Of a stretch of 64,000 nucleotides of DNA, positions 61,471-64,000 are shown one piece after another. The position numbers and the translations under genes were made by a program. The stretch covers positions 2,108,001 through 2,172,000 of the forward strand of contig NC_086109.1 of assembly GCF_963921235.1 (NCBI RefSeq), read 5' to 3'. Origin of the DNA: Mobula hypostoma (taxonomy: Eukaryota). The notes under the pieces are model-generated. The model did no database searches and had not been told where the DNA came from. It worked only from the letters and a program-made list of their open reading frames with translations. The stretch's first letter is position 1; the number at the start of each line of letters is the position of its first letter.

Positions 61471-61861
61471 CTGGGGAGGAGAAAAGATTCTGTGATTAAT
61501 CCCATCCTCATACACCCAGTGACAAGGAATCGATGGATCCACTCCCTCTCACCACAGGCCAGATAAAACTCCCCATCATGAAGGGGGAGGGGGATGGAGA
61601 GAAAGGATTACAGAATTAATCCCATTCCCACACTCCCAGTTCCAATCATCCTCACATCACTCCCCTTAAATCACTGCCAACAATGTCACCAACTGTATCT
61701 CCACTGATGTTAAACAAGTTCCTTCACACTGTCACTTGGTAACCACACTCCCACAGTGCCCTGTATCGCTGACTGTATCTCAATTGATGTTAATCCAACT
61801 CCCTCACACCTTCCCACAGAAACCCCTCTCCATCACCCTGTATCCCTGACTCTATCCCCAA

Positions 61862-62770
61862 TTAAAGTTCAAAGTACAAAGTACAGTTTATCAAAATGTG
61901 CATACATTATAGAACCTCCAGATTCATCTCCTGACAGGCAGCCACGAGACAAAGAAACACAAAAACAAACACACCGATATGAAAAAAGACCGTCGAATAC
62001 TCAATGTGCAATAGAAACAATCCATCATGTAAACAGTAACTGCAAGCCAGTCGTGTTTCTGAACTGAGGTCTGCAAGAGAGTCCCATACTTTAGTGTAGA
62101 GCCATGTAAACATTGTGGAGCAGCGATCTTAATCAGCCCGAACCTCACCTCGGTCCCCGTCACCCAGACCTTTCTGACACCCTGACGTTTCCAATCTGGC
62201 TCGGAGCGTAACTCTCCATCGCAACATCTGAGGTTGCCCAAGCCTTGCCTCAGGCCTCAACAACCTGACCTTTTCTACCACTTCAATTCTCCTGCAAATC
62301 TCCATCCAAAGATCATGCTTAGTTGTGTCTGGTGCCTGACCCCGTGGCATTGATTCGGTCTGTAAATCTCCGTCCGTAGATTGTGCTCAGTCACGTCTGG
62401 TGCCTTGACCATGCAGTTTCGATTCCGCCTGTGCCTGATCTTTCTTGATTTCCCACGCTGTCGGCAATGGGTCCGCCGCCTCGCCTCGCCTCACCTCCCC
62501 CACCTCGCCTCGGCTCCGCCGCCTCGCCTCCGCCACCTCGCCTCGCCTCGGTTCCGCCACATCGAATGGCCTCGGCTCTGCCACCTCGCCTCGCCTCGGT
62601 TCCGCCACATCGAATTGCCTCGGCTCCGCCACCTCGCCTCGCCTCGGTTCTGCCACATCGAATTGCCTCCAACCCCGAAGGAAAATTACAGACTATTGTT
62701 ATGATTGTTTGCCAGAAGTTTGGTTAACAAAGTATTTAGTTAATGTCCTTGTTTCATTAACTACCAGCCA
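61862..62770 (-). mobile_element. Unclassified retroelement-like insertion, CpG-rich
   Basis: Starts with a reversed simple tail (aaagttcaaagtacaaagtac) followed by non-coding CpG-rich sequence; family not identified. Confidence 0.4.
62470..62670. repeat. 48-bp CpG-rich tandem repeat (3 copies) plus (cctcg)n
   Basis: (ctccgccacctcgcctcgcctcggttccgccacatcgaat(g/t)gcctcgg)n. Confidence 0.9.
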
Positions 62771-63249
62771 GAGATCACAGAGGTTCAGCAGCACCATCTT
62801 AACCGGAAGGAGTTACGAGTAAAACACAGATCCTTGTTCATTCCGCGCTGTTCCACACACTCCTGAGATCGGACACAGAGAGGAGCTGTCTTGTTGAGCT
62901 GGGAGTATGGGAGGAGAAGTCAAAAAGAACAGCTGAAGGCAACACTGGAAAATGGGTGAGAGGAAATTTTGAGGGTTAATGAAAATGTATGACCACTGAA
63001 TGTTCTGGTAAAAGGGAACAGAAAATGTTGAAAAGATAAAAGGGAGTGTGGAAAACCACAAGTATTATTAAAACATAACAGCAAGATGCTGAGCTCATTG
63101 CTAACCACCCTCCTCCAGCTGCAGGGCTTGTTGTGAAAAGGTACTTCCATTCAGTCTCACAAATGCTTGGATTACATCTACTTACATTATCAGGAAACCT
63201 TGACTTGAAGTCTATAGCTGTCTGAAAAGGGAGAATTATGAATTATATA

Positions 63250-64000
63250 CACGTTTCCTCCGCCATCCGAAGGTAGAGCGTTCCTATGAAACGGTTCATA
63301 AAGCCGAAATGTCGTGAAGTGAAGAAGCAATTACCATTGATTTATATGGGAAAATTTTGTGAGCATTCGCAGACCCAAAAATAACCTACCAAATCATGCC
63401 AAATAACACATAAAACCTAAAATATCAGTAACATATAGTAAAAGCAGGAATGATATGATAAATACACAGCCTATATAAAGTAGAAATACTTCTCTACAAC
63501 GATTGCCTGCACAGATCTCCATAGCGAAAATCTCACGCAAGCGCTGTTGGCATAAACGCGCTCTCCAGTAACCTTTAAACTATGAAGCTGCCAAATCTAC
63601 CAAATAACACGTAAAAATACACAGCCTATATAAAGTAGAAATAATGTATGTACAGTCTAGTATCACTTACCGGAATTGGGAAAACAGCGCTGAGCACACT
63701 GATGATGGTGTGTTAGACTGAGTTGTCGCAGGCTGGGTGGTACAGTGGCCCCCACCCTCCGGGCCGCCAACCCGATACATTGCCGCGAAGAATGCAGCAG
63801 TAGCCTGGAGGCACACAGCACATCTTTAAGAAAAAAGCCGAAATAAACATGCTAATTAATTAGGTGCTGCCCGGCACGTAAGTGTCGGCGCAGATCAGAG
63901 GCGACTACCGATTGCATCACCTCTGATCTGGGCCGACAATTACGTGCTAGGCGGCACCTAATTAATTAGCATGTTTATTTCGGCTTTTTTCTTAAAGATG
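63250..64000. mobile_element. Non-autonomous DNA transposon, probably Tc1/mariner/pogo-type, truncated by the window end
   Basis: Begins after a TA with cacgtttcctccgccatccgaagg. Internal direct repeat aaatacacagcctatataaagtagaaata (~63460, ~63616). Long palindrome 63821-64000. The second TIR is not visible. Confidence 0.5.

Overview
This is vertebrate genomic DNA, not prokaryotic. The CR1-dominated repeats, HE1/V-SINE-like SINEs and Penelope-derived repeats suggest a cartilaginous fish, probably a ray (inference). Most of the window is nested, mostly decayed transposable elements: CR1, L1, L2, Rex/Babar and Tx1 LINEs, Penelope-like ends carrying minimal hammerhead ribozyme motifs, a hAT transposon with TIRs and TSD, a tandem Gmr1-type Gypsy provirus, and endogenous retrovirus (ERV) pol remnants. 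Embedded in this are two paralogous minus-strand Ig-superfamily receptor genes of CD2/SLAM/CEACAM-N type. Gene A was assembled by hand from phase-1 GT-AG exons: signal exon 37571-37622, three disulfide-less V-set exons (29092-29412, 26988-27290, 22873-23175) and a transmembrane (TM) exon 3743-3928. This gives SP-V-V-V-TM with no C2 exon found. The middle V exon looks like a V3/V1 chimera made by unequal crossing-over. Gene B enters from beyond the right edge. It has two homologous TM exons only about 52 nt apart (61318-61470 and 61080-61265), then an intron containing a ~7.7 kb C/T-rich satellite, and a possible terminal exon near 53323. Exon boundaries were read from splice motifs; most repeat boundaries are approximate. 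No database searches or alignments were run.
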